DNA of 64,000 bases from a virus, in IMG/VR virus record IMGVR_UViG_3300042922_000982, positions 93,407-157,406 of that record. One strand, written 5' to 3'. This document shows, in pieces, positions 46,235-55,919 of the stretch (positions are counted from its first letter, which is position 1; each line of letters begins with the position of its first letter). The notes beneath the pieces were generated by a model that did not search any database, was not told where the DNA came from, and worked only from the letters and a program-made list of their open reading frames with translations. The translations under genes and the position numbers were made by a program.

Positions 46235-46307
46235 GGCGGTTCTCCGGGGCGCCCGCTTGGCTCGGGGCGCCCCCATTGTAGCTGCTCAGGGGGGTAAAGC
46301 GCCAGCG

Positions 46308-47303
46308 TCAAGCAGGGCGCGCGGCCTCCTTGTGGCGCTCGGCCACCAGGGCCATGTCCATGGCGTCGCTCATGGGCGTGTCGTGGAAGACGACCCGCTT
46401 GGCCGCGCGGGTGGTGACCCGCTCGATCTCGGCGAACGACAAGCCCGCGAGCTTGGGGTCGTAGAGGTCGCGCGCCTTGTCCGTCGGCGCCATGGCGAGC
46501 AAGTCCATGGCCACCCGCGTGAAGTAGGCCCACGCCGCGTCGGGCGTGGGGGCCGGGAAGTAGAGCGCCTCATCGAAGCGGCGCCACACGGCCGGGTCGA
46601 CCACCGTGTCGAGGTTGGTGGTCGCCAGGATCAAGCTGTGCCCGTCGTAGGCGTCGAGCATGGCCAAGAGGCTGTTGGTGACCCGCTTGATCTCGCCTAG
46701 CTCGGTGTGCGTGCCGCTGCCCGCGCGATTCGATGCGATCGCGTCGAACTCGTCGAAGAGCAAGACGCAGCGGGGCGCCTTATCCAGAAAGTCGAAAATC
46801 TTCCGCAAGTTGCGCGCCGTGCCGCCCAGGTGGCTCTCGAGGATGGCGTCCATGCGCGCCACCAGGAACGGCAGGCCCATCTCCTTGGCGATCGCCTCGG
46901 CGGTGGCCGTCTTGCCCGTGCCCGGCGGGCCCATCATGATCAGGCGGTTGGCGGGGCGGAACCCGTGATCGAGGTAGGTCTTCGGGTCGGTGTTCTCCTC
47001 GATCACGCGCGTCACCACCTCGATGGCCGCCGCATCGAGCGCCACGTCCGCGAGCCCCCGCCGGGTGACGCGCCGTTCGAGCAAGTCGAGCGTCCCGTCC
47101 TTCGGCAATAGCTGCATGAGCTGCCGGTCCTCGTCCATAAACCCGCACTTCTCGGCATGCGAGAGCGCCTGGGTCAGCCGCTTGGCGAGCCCCGTGCCCG
47201 CGCACTCGCCCGCCAGCCGCTTGATCGTGGCGGCGACCGCCTTGCGATCGCCGCGCAGGCCCTCGGTGGCGAGGGCGAGGGCGCTGTTGTCGTCGATGGG
47301 CAT
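46308..47303 (-). CDS. AAA+ ATPase, IetA-like
   Basis: GPPGTGKT, LLFDEFD, GEIKRVTNSLL, ATTN..DPAVWRRFD. Confidence 0.88.
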   Translation of the reverse strand: MPIDDNSALALATEGLRGDRKAVAATIKRLAGECAGTGLAKRLTQALSHAEKCGFMDEDRQLMQLLPKDGTLDLLERRVTRRGLADVALDAAAIEVVTRVIEENTDPKTYLDHGFRPANRLIMMGPPGTGKTATAEAIAKEMGLPFLVARMDAILESHLGGTARNLRKIFDFLDKAPRCVLLFDEFDAIASNRAGSGTHTELGEIKRVTNSLLAMLDAYDGHSLILATTNLDTVVDPAVWRRFDEALYFPAPTPDAAWAYFTRVAMDLLAMAPTDKARDLYDPKLAGLSFAEIERVTTRAAKRVVFHDTPMSDAMDMALVAERHKEAARPA

Positions 47304-47999
47304 TTAGCGCCCTCCCCGCGTGCGGAACTCGACCACCTTGGCCTGCACGACCGAGTCCGCCGGGCAGTAGAGCACGCCCACGACCTCGCCGCCCTCCGAG
47401 AGCACCTCGTAGACGCCGGGGTGATCGAGGAACTCGGGGCCCATGCGCAAGTTGCGGCAGCGGAACAACTCCTGCACCACCTCGGGGCGAAGCGCGGCCT
47501 CGGCGATCGCGGGGCCTGCGGCGCTGTCGCCGAATTGATCCGCGTGGTGGCCGTAGAACGCGGCGAGGTCCTTGCGGTGCGCCCGGATGACCATGGTGCC
47601 GAACGCCGATTCGGGCTCGTCCGCCGGATCGATGGCGTCCGACGCCTCGCCGTGCAAGGGGGCCTCGTCGGGCGCGGCCTGCGGAATGGTCGAGGTCTTC
47701 TCGCTGTACCCGTACATGGTCTCGGTCACGGCGTCCTCGGGGTCGGTGCCGCCCTCGATGCGGCGGGCCACTTCGAGCGCCTGGGCCGCCATGGTCAGGC
47801 TGCCCTTGCGGGCATGGCGCCAGGCCAGAAACGCGAACCAGATGGCCGTGCCGCGCACATGGGTCCAGGTGCGCTTGCAGGGGGCGTAGATCAAGCCGGT
47901 CACCATGTAGGCGGCCCAGGCGGCCCCGGCGAAGGTGCTCAGGTAGATGATCAGGTAGCCGATGAACACGGCGACCTCGTGGGTGGTGGGGAAGTGCAT
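47304..47999 (-). CDS. membrane protein
   Basis: N-terminal hydrophobic segment; ACCGAAAGGA leader. Confidence 0.65.
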   Translation of the reverse strand: MHFPTTHEVAVFIGYLIIYLSTFAGAAWAAYMVTGLIYAPCKRTWTHVRGTAIWFAFLAWRHARKGSLTMAAQALEVARRIEGGTDPEDAVTETMYGYSEKTSTIPQAAPDEAPLHGEASDAIDPADEPESAFGTMVIRAHRKDLAAFYGHHADQFGDSAAGPAIAEAALRPEVVQELFRCRNLRMGPEFLDHPGVYEVLSEGGEVVGVLYCPADSVVQAKVVEFRTRGGR

Positions 48000-48067
48000 G
48001 GTGGTCCTTTCGGTGGGGGTGGAAAAATGGCCGTTAGGGCGGCCCTGCGGGGTGTGGTGCGGGGTGT

Positions 48068-48421
48068 TTAGCCGGGGAGCTTGCGCTTGACGGCCGCCAC
48101 GCCCGCCATCTGGAGCGTGCGCATGATGGCGGGCATCAGGCCGTCCTTGGCGATCACCTCCTGGGCGATCGAGGCGGCCACCCCGGTGGCGGCATCGAAC
48201 AGGCGCACGCCAGCGGGCGTGTGGATCAAGGCGACGCCGGACGGCAGCGCCGGATCGGGCCGGACCGGGGTGCCGCCGCGCGTGAGCGTGGGCTTGTAGA
48301 GCGCCGCGTGCACGCTAAGCGACATGGTGATCGTGGCGCCCGTGGCCGCGACCGGGTTGCCCCAGATGAGCTTGTCCATGGCGAGCAACATGCGCTCGCA
48401 GCGGGCGTGAGACGTCAGCAT
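48068..48421 (-). CDS. hypothetical protein
   Basis: GAGGAGG RBS. Confidence 0.55.
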   Translation of the reverse strand: MLTSHARCERMLLAMDKLIWGNPVAATGATITMSLSVHAALYKPTLTRGGTPVRPDPALPSGVALIHTPAGVRLFDAATGVAASIAQEVIAKDGLMPAIMRTLQMAGVAAVKRKLPG

Positions 48422-48843
48422 GGGCGCGTGGCCTCCTCGCGGGCCACCAGGATCATGGCGCAGCGGGCGATCGCCTCGGCCATGGTGGCGCCCGTGCCGC
48501 ACACATCGCCGATCTCGCAGATGTAGCCGTCGCGCAGGCACTTGATCACGGCGCCGACCACGCCGACATCGTCGCCACCCTGCGACAACTCGCTCAGCCG
48601 CTTGGCCTCGCGCGCCCGCGCGCGGGCGAGCAGGTGCTGGGAGGCGGTCGGGTCGACGCTGTAGAGCGGCACGTCGGCTGTCTGACCGGCGGGGCGCATG
48701 CCGATCAGGCGGTAGAACGGCACACCGGCCCCGTCCCACTCGACCACCATGCCGAAGTATCGCTCGGCGAGCTGCGCGTCGAGGACGCGCAGCGACATGG
48801 CATGGGCGGAGGCGGTGAGCCGCGCCATCGAGATGGCCGCCAT
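48415..48843 (-). CDS. phage ABA-sandwich (BC1872-like) domain protein
   Basis: LDAQLAERYFG..PLYSVD..TMAEAIARCA. Confidence 0.5.
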   Translation of the reverse strand: MAAISMARLTASAHAMSLRVLDAQLAERYFGMVVEWDGAGVPFYRLIGMRPAGQTADVPLYSVDPTASQHLLARARAREAKRLSELSQGGDDVGVVGAVIKCLRDGYICEIGDVCGTGATMAEAIARCAMILVAREEATRPC

Positions 48844-49752
48844 TTACGCCACCACGTACAAAGGGGAGAAGGCGATCCAGTTGTAGCCGTCCCAGAAGTG
48901 CCAGGTGTTGTAGCCGCCCTGGTGAATGTAGACGCCGCCGTTGATCCAGTAGCGGCTGAAATCGCGCCCCAGCTTGTTCAACTCGGTCAGGTTCGTCGCC
49001 TGGAAGCCCCAGGCGCCGTCGGTCGAGCCGTACCAGCACACGCTGTCCGCCTTGACGCCGTACTTTTTCGCCATCGCCAGGGTCTCGGGCATCAGGAGCT
49101 GCATCTTGCGCCAATTCGGGCACGCGGCCGGATCGCGGAAGCCGGGCAAGACCGGGTCCTGGGCGTTGTTCGAGCTGCCGCGCGTGCTATCGGTGCCGAA
49201 GTTGCAGCGGTAGGCGTTGGCGTACTGCTCGCGCCCGTCCTCGGTGCCGCCGCCCGACTTGAGCCAGGGGCTGTAATTCGGGTTGTAAATGGTGTGGTTC
49301 TGCGACACCTCGCGCTCCCAGAAGTAGCGGAAGGGCAAGAGCGCCGGATCCTCGAACAATCCGGTCTTGAAGTGGTGCGCGTGCCCGACCTCGTGGCTGA
49401 GCGCGTTGGGGTAGCGGTTGGGGGTCGCCCCCGACGTGGGGAACGGCCGGATCACGATCTCGATGATGCCCGCGCTGTTCGGCGGGCGGCAGTAGGTGTC
49501 GGCGTTGGGGGGGCAATCCGGCGGGCTGGGCACCTGGAAGTCGAGGACGTGAACCTCGATCTTGCGCCAGATCTTGTTGGTGCCGTCCGCCTGGTTGTAG
49601 TACTCGTGGCTCTGGGCCATCAGTTGCTGGAACCAGGCGGTGTGCTGGGCCAGGGTCAAGCAGCGGCTGTCGGCCGTGCCGTTGTGATCGTAGTAGCGCA
49701 CCAGGCGCGGGCCGTACGGGACCGGACGGCAATCATGGGTCAGGGTCGTCAC
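48844..49752 (-). CDS. zincin metallopeptidase
   Basis: ALSHEVGHAHH plus downstream EQYA. Confidence 0.65.
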   Translation of the reverse strand: MTTLTHDCRPVPYGPRLVRYYDHNGTADSRCLTLAQHTAWFQQLMAQSHEYYNQADGTNKIWRKIEVHVLDFQVPSPPDCPPNADTYCRPPNSAGIIEIVIRPFPTSGATPNRYPNALSHEVGHAHHFKTGLFEDPALLPFRYFWEREVSQNHTIYNPNYSPWLKSGGGTEDGREQYANAYRCNFGTDSTRGSSNNAQDPVLPGFRDPAACPNWRKMQLLMPETLAMAKKYGVKADSVCWYGSTDGAWGFQATNLTELNKLGRDFSRYWINGGVYIHQGGYNTWHFWDGYNWIAFSPLYVVA

Positions 49753-49765
49753 GTCTGGGGGCTCC

Positions 49766-50158
49766 TTATAGCAAGATGGGGGCGGGGGCGGGGAGGGTCT
49801 CGTCGTCCGGCAGGGCGCCGAACACCTCCATGAGCGTCTTGGGGCGGCGGGCCTCGGCGTTGGCCGCGCGGGTGCGCGCGGCCTTGGCCCGGTTGAAGGG
49901 GGCGTCGGTGGCGAAGTGACACCGCTGGCACATGGCCTTCAGGTTGGCGTCGTAGTGATTGGCGGGGTCTTGATCCAGGTGCGCGATGGTGAGGACCACC
50001 TTCGAGCCCGTCACCGGATGCGCCTGCCGGTCGGCCGCCCGGCAATCCGGATAACTGGCGCTGCCCTCGCAGGCGTGTCCGGCCCGCGTGAGGATACGTT
50101 GCCGGATAGCCTTCCATTCGGGGCCGTACTTGGCCCGGTTCTCGGGCTTAATGGGCAT
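49766..50158 (-). CDS. HNH endonuclease-like protein
   Basis: YGPEWKAIR..CEG..VVLTIAHLD..NLKAMCQRCH. Confidence 0.75.
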   Translation of the reverse strand: MPIKPENRAKYGPEWKAIRQRILTRAGHACEGSASYPDCRAADRQAHPVTGSKVVLTIAHLDQDPANHYDANLKAMCQRCHFATDAPFNRAKAARTRAANAEARRPKTLMEVFGALPDDETLPAPAPILL

Positions 50159-50328
50159 CCTTGCGGCCATCCTTCCAGTACTCGTAGCCCAGGCTCGCGA
50201 CCCACGCGGCGATGACGATCGTGGTGAACAGCGTGGCCGCGTCGGGGCCGCAGAAGGCGCGCACGACGTAGCTCATCACGAAGGCCAGCAACATGGCCTT
50301 CTGGCGGGTCGAGGCGCCCGCCAACACA

Positions 50329-50949
50329 TCACGCAGCATCGTCGTCGCCCTCCGTGCCCTCGGCCTGGGCCATCAGGGCCATGCGGGCGTCCTGGACGGC
50401 CACGCGCTGGGCGTACTCGATCGCCGCGCGGCAGACGGCGAGCGGCAGCGTGGCGGCCGACGCCGATCCGATCGTGGTGCGCGCGCTCAAGAAGCCGTCC
50501 GAGAACACCTCCTCGATGCGCGCCTCCCAGCCCTGCGCCCCCTGGTCGGTCAGGACCCAGTGGGTGTACTCGGTGGGCGTGTTCTCCTCCGCCCAGCGCG
50601 CCTTGAGCGCGTCGACCAGCCGCATGGCACAATCGACGTACGTGCTGAACCAGGGGGTGGCGTAGTAGGGCCGTTTGAACCGCTTGCCCGAGCCGTCGTT
50701 CCGGAAGACCTCGTTGCCCCAGCGGGCGTGGGCGCCGGGGTTGTCGCCGTGGCTCCAGACGGTGTGCGGGACGCGCTTCCAGTGGTCGTCGTAGCCGAGG
50801 ACCTGCATGTAGCCGTCAAGCTGGCCGGTGTAGCGCAGCACATGCACGGCCACCGCCACGTCCGTCTCGTGCCCGGCCGCCATGGTGGCCGGGTCGAGCG
50901 CGATCAACGCCTCGGAGGCGGGCTTGGGTTCAGGCTTAGCGGTGGGCAT
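50329..50949 (-). CDS. phage ABA-sandwich (BC1872-like) domain protein
   Basis: AGHETDVAVA..PWFSTYVDCAMRLV..TLPLAVCRAA. Confidence 0.6.
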   Translation of the reverse strand: MPTAKPEPKPASEALIALDPATMAAGHETDVAVAVHVLRYTGQLDGYMQVLGYDDHWKRVPHTVWSHGDNPGAHARWGNEVFRNDGSGKRFKRPYYATPWFSTYVDCAMRLVDALKARWAEENTPTEYTHWVLTDQGAQGWEARIEEVFSDGFLSARTTIGSASAATLPLAVCRAAIEYAQRVAVQDARMALMAQAEGTEGDDDAA

Positions 50950-51532
50950 CGAGGGCCTCCTTGGCGATCTCGGCGCGGTGGCTGGCCGCCTGCACCGTCA
51001 TGAGGTGGTGGGTCACCGCCGATTGAAAGGCCAGATCGGCGGGGTCCGCGCCCGTGATGCCCGCCGTTGCGTAGGCGTCGCGGCGAATTTGCATCATCTC
51101 GACCATGCCGCGAATGAGGCCCATGGTGCAGTGCTGGTAGCGGCCGACGCCCTTCCAGACGCCGTGCTGCTGGTAGAATTGCAGCTCGCCGTCAGCGTCG
51201 AGGCTGCGCCCGCGCGGGTGGAAGGCGTTGTCCCAGACCAGGATGTCCTTGCGCGCTTGGAAGTTGGCGGTGACGCTGTTGAGCGCGATGGCGCAACCGC
51301 TCGTCACGTCGAGCAGGCTCGGGCGCGCCTCCTCGTCGGGCTCGGGAATGAGCGTAATCACCACGTCGGCCTCGCGCACCGCCGCCAAGTCCGGCTTCGG
51401 GCAGCCCGATTTGTCCACGGGCCGAAAGACCGTGGTGCGGTTCACGGTCAAGCCGCCCAGGCCCATCAAGTTGGCGGCCAACTCGTCCGCGAAGGCCGCG
51501 TTCGTGCGGCCGGAAAGCAAGTAGATGTTCAT
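50936..51532 (-). CDS. hypothetical protein
   Basis: GGAGG RBS. Confidence 0.6.
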   Translation of the reverse strand: MNIYLLSGRTNAAFADELAANLMGLGGLTVNRTTVFRPVDKSGCPKPDLAAVREADVVITLIPEPDEEARPSLLDVTSGCAIALNSVTANFQARKDILVWDNAFHPRGRSLDADGELQFYQQHGVWKGVGRYQHCTMGLIRGMVEMMQIRRDAYATAGITGADPADLAFQSAVTHHLMTVQAASHRAEIAKEALDAHR

Positions 51533-51535
51533 GGC

Positions 51536-52819
51536 TTAGCCCTCCGCATCCGACGAGGTCAGGGCCGCCAGCAGCGACAACTGGGTCGGGCGGGTCTGCT
51601 TGAGGCAATGGGGGCTGAACCAGATGCGCTCGCGCTTGGCGTTCTCCTTGCCGCGTGCGTCCTCGCTCTTGCCCTGCACACCGTAGCCACCGGCCGCCTT
51701 CCAGGCAAACGTCTCCCAGGTGTCGGGCATCGGGTGCTCGCCCTCGTAGCCGCACAGCGCGATCCTGAACTTGGGGTTGTCGCCGTTGGCGATCGCCCAC
51801 TCGCGCACCTTCGCGCTCACGCCCGAATCGTTCTGGGCGTACACACCCTGATCGCAATCCGCGTCCTCGCCGTAGGGCGGGTCGAGGAACACGGCCGTCA
51901 CGCCGTTGCCGGTGGTGACGGCGGGGCCGAGGATGCGATCCCACTCGCCGCAGGTGACCCGCACGTTGCGCAGGCGATCGCACAGGTCGCGCATCATCTC
52001 CATGGTGAAGGCCAGGCGCGCCTCCATCGACCCTTCGAGCGCCTCGACCAGGCCGGGCGCGCTGGCCTTGCGGTTGACCCCCTTGCCGAAGCCGCCCAGG
52101 AACGGCATCACGCGGCTCACGCCCCGGCCGGTGTTGATGGCCTCGTCAATCGAGAGCGCGCCGCCCTTGTTCACGCCCTGCCCCTGCCCGGTCAGGTGGG
52201 GCATCTGGCGGTGGATGCCGTTGACGCCCTCGGCGACCTTGGGCATCACATGGCCGAGGCCGGGCAAGAGGCCCTGGTTGACCCCCTGGCCGATGCTCGA
52301 CATGTAGGGCATGGGGCGGTTGACGCCCGATTCGCCCTCGGTGGCCTCGGGGCGCTTGTGCGGGCCGTTGCCCGAGCAGAAGCCGCCGCCGATCCAGCAA
52401 CTGATGCCCCACAGCCACCAGCCCGCGACCATCGGGTCGTAGAAGTGGGGGTCGACCTTGAGCCGGTCGGTGATCACCTTGCCCTCGTTGACCAGCCAGA
52501 GGTGGCGGGCGTGGAGGTCGAACTCGTTGACGGGGTTGCAGGCGTAGTACGCCACCAGGTCGGGGTCGTGCTGGACCGCGCGCCAGAAGTTGGCCAGGTA
52601 GCCGTCGAGGTCGTTGACGGTCTCGATCTTGGGGCGGTGCGGCCGGGCGAGCAAGACGGCGCCCGAGCCGAAGAAGGGCTCGATGAAGTTGGGGACGTTG
52701 CCGAACCGCTTCCAGACGTCCTCGGTGACGCGGCGCTTGCCGCCGAACCAGGGGAAGGGGGCCGTCAAGGGCGTGACGATCAGGTCGTCGGTGTGGTCGG
52801 TGGTGCTTTCGGTGGACAC
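51536..52819 (-). CDS. D12-class N6-adenine DNA methyltransferase with repeat insertion
   Basis: PFPWFGGK, EPFFGSGA, NDLD, VFLDPPY. Confidence 0.9.
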   Translation of the reverse strand: MSTESTTDHTDDLIVTPLTAPFPWFGGKRRVTEDVWKRFGNVPNFIEPFFGSGAVLLARPHRPKIETVNDLDGYLANFWRAVQHDPDLVAYYACNPVNEFDLHARHLWLVNEGKVITDRLKVDPHFYDPMVAGWWLWGISCWIGGGFCSGNGPHKRPEATEGESGVNRPMPYMSSIGQGVNQGLLPGLGHVMPKVAEGVNGIHRQMPHLTGQGQGVNKGGALSIDEAINTGRGVSRVMPFLGGFGKGVNRKASAPGLVEALEGSMEARLAFTMEMMRDLCDRLRNVRVTCGEWDRILGPAVTTGNGVTAVFLDPPYGEDADCDQGVYAQNDSGVSAKVREWAIANGDNPKFRIALCGYEGEHPMPDTWETFAWKAAGGYGVQGKSEDARGKENAKRERIWFSPHCLKQTRPTQLSLLAALTSSDAEG

Positions 52820-52884
52820 GGGATTCTCCTTGGTAGCCCGGTTAGGGATCGGGCGGGGTGTGTTGGCTTCGGGGGCCGGGGGCT

Positions 52885-53358
52885 CTAGGCGCCCTGGGCG
52901 ACGCGCGCGGCGCGCTCGAGATCGGCGTTATTCAGAAACACGCTGCGCAAAGGCGGCGCGTCGGGAGAGTAGAGCGCGGCGAAGGGGGCGAGCGCCGCTT
53001 TCAAGTCGGCGATCTCGGTGGCGTGTTGGCTGTTCGCCTTGCCGCGCGCGGGCTTGACGCTATTTTCGGCCATCTCGCTTGCCTGGGGTAGTGCGTCGGT
53101 CACATCCCACGCCACCGCCTCGCGCTCGGACACGGTGCAAAACCGCTCCCCCGCCTCGGCGACGACGCCCAGGCGCACCAGCTCCTTCATGCGCGGGCTG
53201 ATCGAGTCGCGCTCGGCGCCGAGCCGCTTGGCCACCTCCTTGGCGGTGAGCGGCCCGTGGTGGAACAACTCCTGGTAAACGGCGAGCTTGAGCTTGGACA
53301 AGAGGCCCTCGGCCTCGATCTGGTGGTAGGCTTGCGCGCTGGTGCGGCGGGTCGTCAT
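52885..53358 (-). CDS. winged-HTH protein
   Basis: GPLTAKEVAKRLG..SISPRMKELVRLGVV. Confidence 0.65.
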   Translation of the reverse strand: MTTRRTSAQAYHQIEAEGLLSKLKLAVYQELFHHGPLTAKEVAKRLGAERDSISPRMKELVRLGVVAEAGERFCTVSEREAVAWDVTDALPQASEMAENSVKPARGKANSQHATEIADLKAALAPFAALYSPDAPPLRSVFLNNADLERAARVAQGA

Positions 53359-53369
53359 GGCGGATTCTC

Positions 53370-54377
53370 CTACTGGGGGTCGGTGAGGGCGGCGAACAGG
53401 CTAACAGCGGTGGGCTTGTTGGCGGCTGGGTCGATGCAATGGGGGCTGAACCAGATGCGCTCGCGCTTGGCGTTCTCCTTGCCCGCGCCGTCGCCGAGGT
53501 TGCCGTAGCCGCCCTGGGTCTTCCAGGGGATCTCGATCCAGGTGTCGGGCATCACGTAGTCGCCTTCATAGCCGCACAGCGCGATCCTGAGCTTGGGGTT
53601 GTCGCCGTTGGCGATGCACCACTCGATCGCCTCGCGGGCCGGATCCTCGGTGTCGTTGTTGTAGACGCCCGCCGCGCGCCCGGCGAGCAGGTACGGCGGG
53701 TCGAGAAACACGGCCGTCACGCCGAGATCCGTGCTGATCGACTCGCCCATGAGCCGCTTCCAATCGCCGCAGCTGACGCGCACCTCGCGCAGGCGATCGC
53801 CGAGCAATTGCATCATTTCGCGCAGGTAAGCCGATCGCTCGGCCTCGAAGCCGGGCGTCCCGGCGGGCACGTTCGGCACCTTGCGGAACACGCCCCGGCC
53901 GGGGCCCATGTGCGGGATTTGCGGGTGCACGCCCTTGATGCCCGCCTCCGCGTCGAGGCCGTACTTGCCCTCGCCGTCACACCAGCCGTTGCCGAGCCAG
54001 AGGCACATGCCCCACAGCCACCAACCGGCCACCTGGGCGTCGTAGCGGTTCGGGTTGTCACTGAGCCCCTCGATGCGCTTGGCGCCCTCGTTGACCAGCC
54101 AGTGGTGGCGGGCAAGCAGGTCCTGCTCGGATATGATCCAATCGGCGTGGGCGGCCACGGCCATCGGGTCGCTCTTGACGGCGCGCCAGAAGTTGACGAG
54201 GAACCCGTCGATGTCGTTAATCATCTCCTTGCCGGGCAGGTGCGGCCGGGCGAGCAGCATGGCGCCCGAGCCGAAGAAGGGCTCGACGTAGACCGCCGGG
54301 TTGCCGAAGCGGGCCCACACAAGCTCGGCGACGCGGCGCTTGCCGCCGAAGTAGGGGTAGGGGGCCTTCAGGCTCAT
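53370..54377 (-). CDS. D12-class N6-adenine DNA methyltransferase
   Basis: PYPYFGGK, EPFFGSGA, NDID, VFLDPPY; ATGA overlap with thyX. Confidence 0.9.
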   Translation of the reverse strand: MSLKAPYPYFGGKRRVAELVWARFGNPAVYVEPFFGSGAMLLARPHLPGKEMINDIDGFLVNFWRAVKSDPMAVAAHADWIISEQDLLARHHWLVNEGAKRIEGLSDNPNRYDAQVAGWWLWGMCLWLGNGWCDGEGKYGLDAEAGIKGVHPQIPHMGPGRGVFRKVPNVPAGTPGFEAERSAYLREMMQLLGDRLREVRVSCGDWKRLMGESISTDLGVTAVFLDPPYLLAGRAAGVYNNDTEDPAREAIEWCIANGDNPKLRIALCGYEGDYVMPDTWIEIPWKTQGGYGNLGDGAGKENAKRERIWFSPHCIDPAANKPTAVSLFAALTDPQ

Positions 54378-55348
54378 CGAGCACCCTCCTGGGCGCCCTG
54401 GGCGCTGAACATGGCCACGAACTCGGCGCGCTCGGTCGGGTTCTCGATGGCCTCGGCCGCAGCCTGGAGCCGATCGGCGAGGACGTGGGTCTGCACCAGG
54501 GCCTTGAGCACCTCGTAGCCGGTTTTCGACACCGTCTTGGCGCCGATCACCCAGTCGTCGGCCGCCTTCATGGCCAGCGGCGCGACGGCCTTGGCCGCTT
54601 CGTACATGGCCTCGGCGTAGACGCGAATTTCCTTCTGGGCGTGCCAGTCGAGGCGCAGGCGCAAGAAGTGGGCCAGGTTGTGCAGGTCGATCTGCCAATA
54701 GATCATGGTGTACAGGTTCTGCGGCAGCACCATGCGCGCCTGCTCGCGGGCCACGCCGTCACGCGGGCCCTCCGGCTTCTCGGGGTCGACGGGATCGCCG
54801 AGCAGGGTGTTGTAAGACCCGTAGCCGATGCCGCAGACGGCCTTGAACACGCTCAGGGCTTCCTCGCGGGTTGCCATGGGCAAGTCGCCGTCGCCCACCT
54901 GCTTGTTGACGGCCGACTGGCCGCGCACGTCGTCCAGCTCGGGGATGTAGAACTCGTCTTCCATGACCGAGTACCTGGCCGAAAGCGAATTCAGCCGGGC
55001 CATGCGGTGCCGGACGAGCTGGGCGAACACGAACAGCGGCAGCTTGATGCGGAAGGTCATCACGACCTGCTCGAACGGGCTGGTGTGCTTGTTGCGCATC
55101 AAGTAGCGGATCAGGCCCTCGGGGGGCCGCGTGGCGGTGGTGCCGCCGCCGTAGCTCACGCGGGCCGCCTCGACGATGCGATCGTCGCCGCCCATGTAAT
55201 CGATCAACTGAACGAAGCCCTTATCGAGCACCGGACGGCTCGCGCCGACGATCGCCTCGGCCGTGTCGACCGTCATGCGCCTCGTCCAGCGCCAGCCCTT
55301 GACCGAGTGGGGGATTTCGGGGATTTCGTTGGGGGTGAAGGTGCTCAT
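54374..55348 (-). CDS. thyX: FAD-dependent thymidylate synthase
   Basis: AARVSY, HTSPFEQ, RHRMARLNSLSARY, REQARMVLP, HAQKEIR. Confidence 0.95.
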   Translation of the reverse strand: MSTFTPNEIPEIPHSVKGWRWTRRMTVDTAEAIVGASRPVLDKGFVQLIDYMGGDDRIVEAARVSYGGGTTATRPPEGLIRYLMRNKHTSPFEQVVMTFRIKLPLFVFAQLVRHRMARLNSLSARYSVMEDEFYIPELDDVRGQSAVNKQVGDGDLPMATREEALSVFKAVCGIGYGSYNTLLGDPVDPEKPEGPRDGVAREQARMVLPQNLYTMIYWQIDLHNLAHFLRLRLDWHAQKEIRVYAEAMYEAAKAVAPLAMKAADDWVIGAKTVSKTGYEVLKALVQTHVLADRLQAAAEAIENPTERAEFVAMFSAQGAQEGAR

Positions 55349-55349
55349 T

Positions 55350-55919
55350 CTATACGTCTCCGCGCTCGGCCAGCTTGGCCTGGGTCTTGGCCTGGACGGC
55401 CTTGTTGAACGCCTCACGGGCATCGTGGGACAACTGGGGCAGCAATCGCTCGGCGACCACCTCGATGTACGCCTCGAAAAACAGCATCTGGCTATCCACC
55501 ACGGCCAGCTGCATCTCGGTGTAGCTCGCCGTCGCCCACATCGTCGTCATGGTGCCGTCGGCCATGACCGGGATGCCGGTCGTGGGGTGCGGGCTCATCA
55601 CCGAGGGCGCGCGGCCCCGGCGCTTGCGGGCGCGCAGCCGTTCGAGCACGGTGGGCGGGACGCCGTTTTGCGGGCAGAGCAGCCGGGCCAAGCGGGCGTT
55701 CTCGGTGCCCTCGTGGGGGTGGGCGTCGCCCACGGCCAGCTTGTAGCGCGCGCGGCTCTGGTAGTCGCGGGTGCACTGGCGGCACTTCCCCTGGCGGCCG
55801 TCGGCGGCGTGCCGGTTGCGGTAGAAGAAGTCCATCGGCTTGTCGGTCTTGCAAGCCGGGCAATATTTGAGGTCCGGCGATCGCGGAATGTAGTCCAGGG
55901 GCACGGCGAGAGCGCTCAT
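55350..55919 (-). CDS. protein with N-terminal Cys4 finger of the HNH/EndoVII-associated type
   Basis: KYCPACKTDKPMDFFY..DGRQGKCRQC. Confidence 0.6.
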   Translation of the reverse strand: MSALAVPLDYIPRSPDLKYCPACKTDKPMDFFYRNRHAADGRQGKCRQCTRDYQSRARYKLAVGDAHPHEGTENARLARLLCPQNGVPPTVLERLRARKRRGRAPSVMSPHPTTGIPVMADGTMTTMWATASYTEMQLAVVDSQMLFFEAYIEVVAERLLPQLSHDAREAFNKAVQAKTQAKLAERGDV

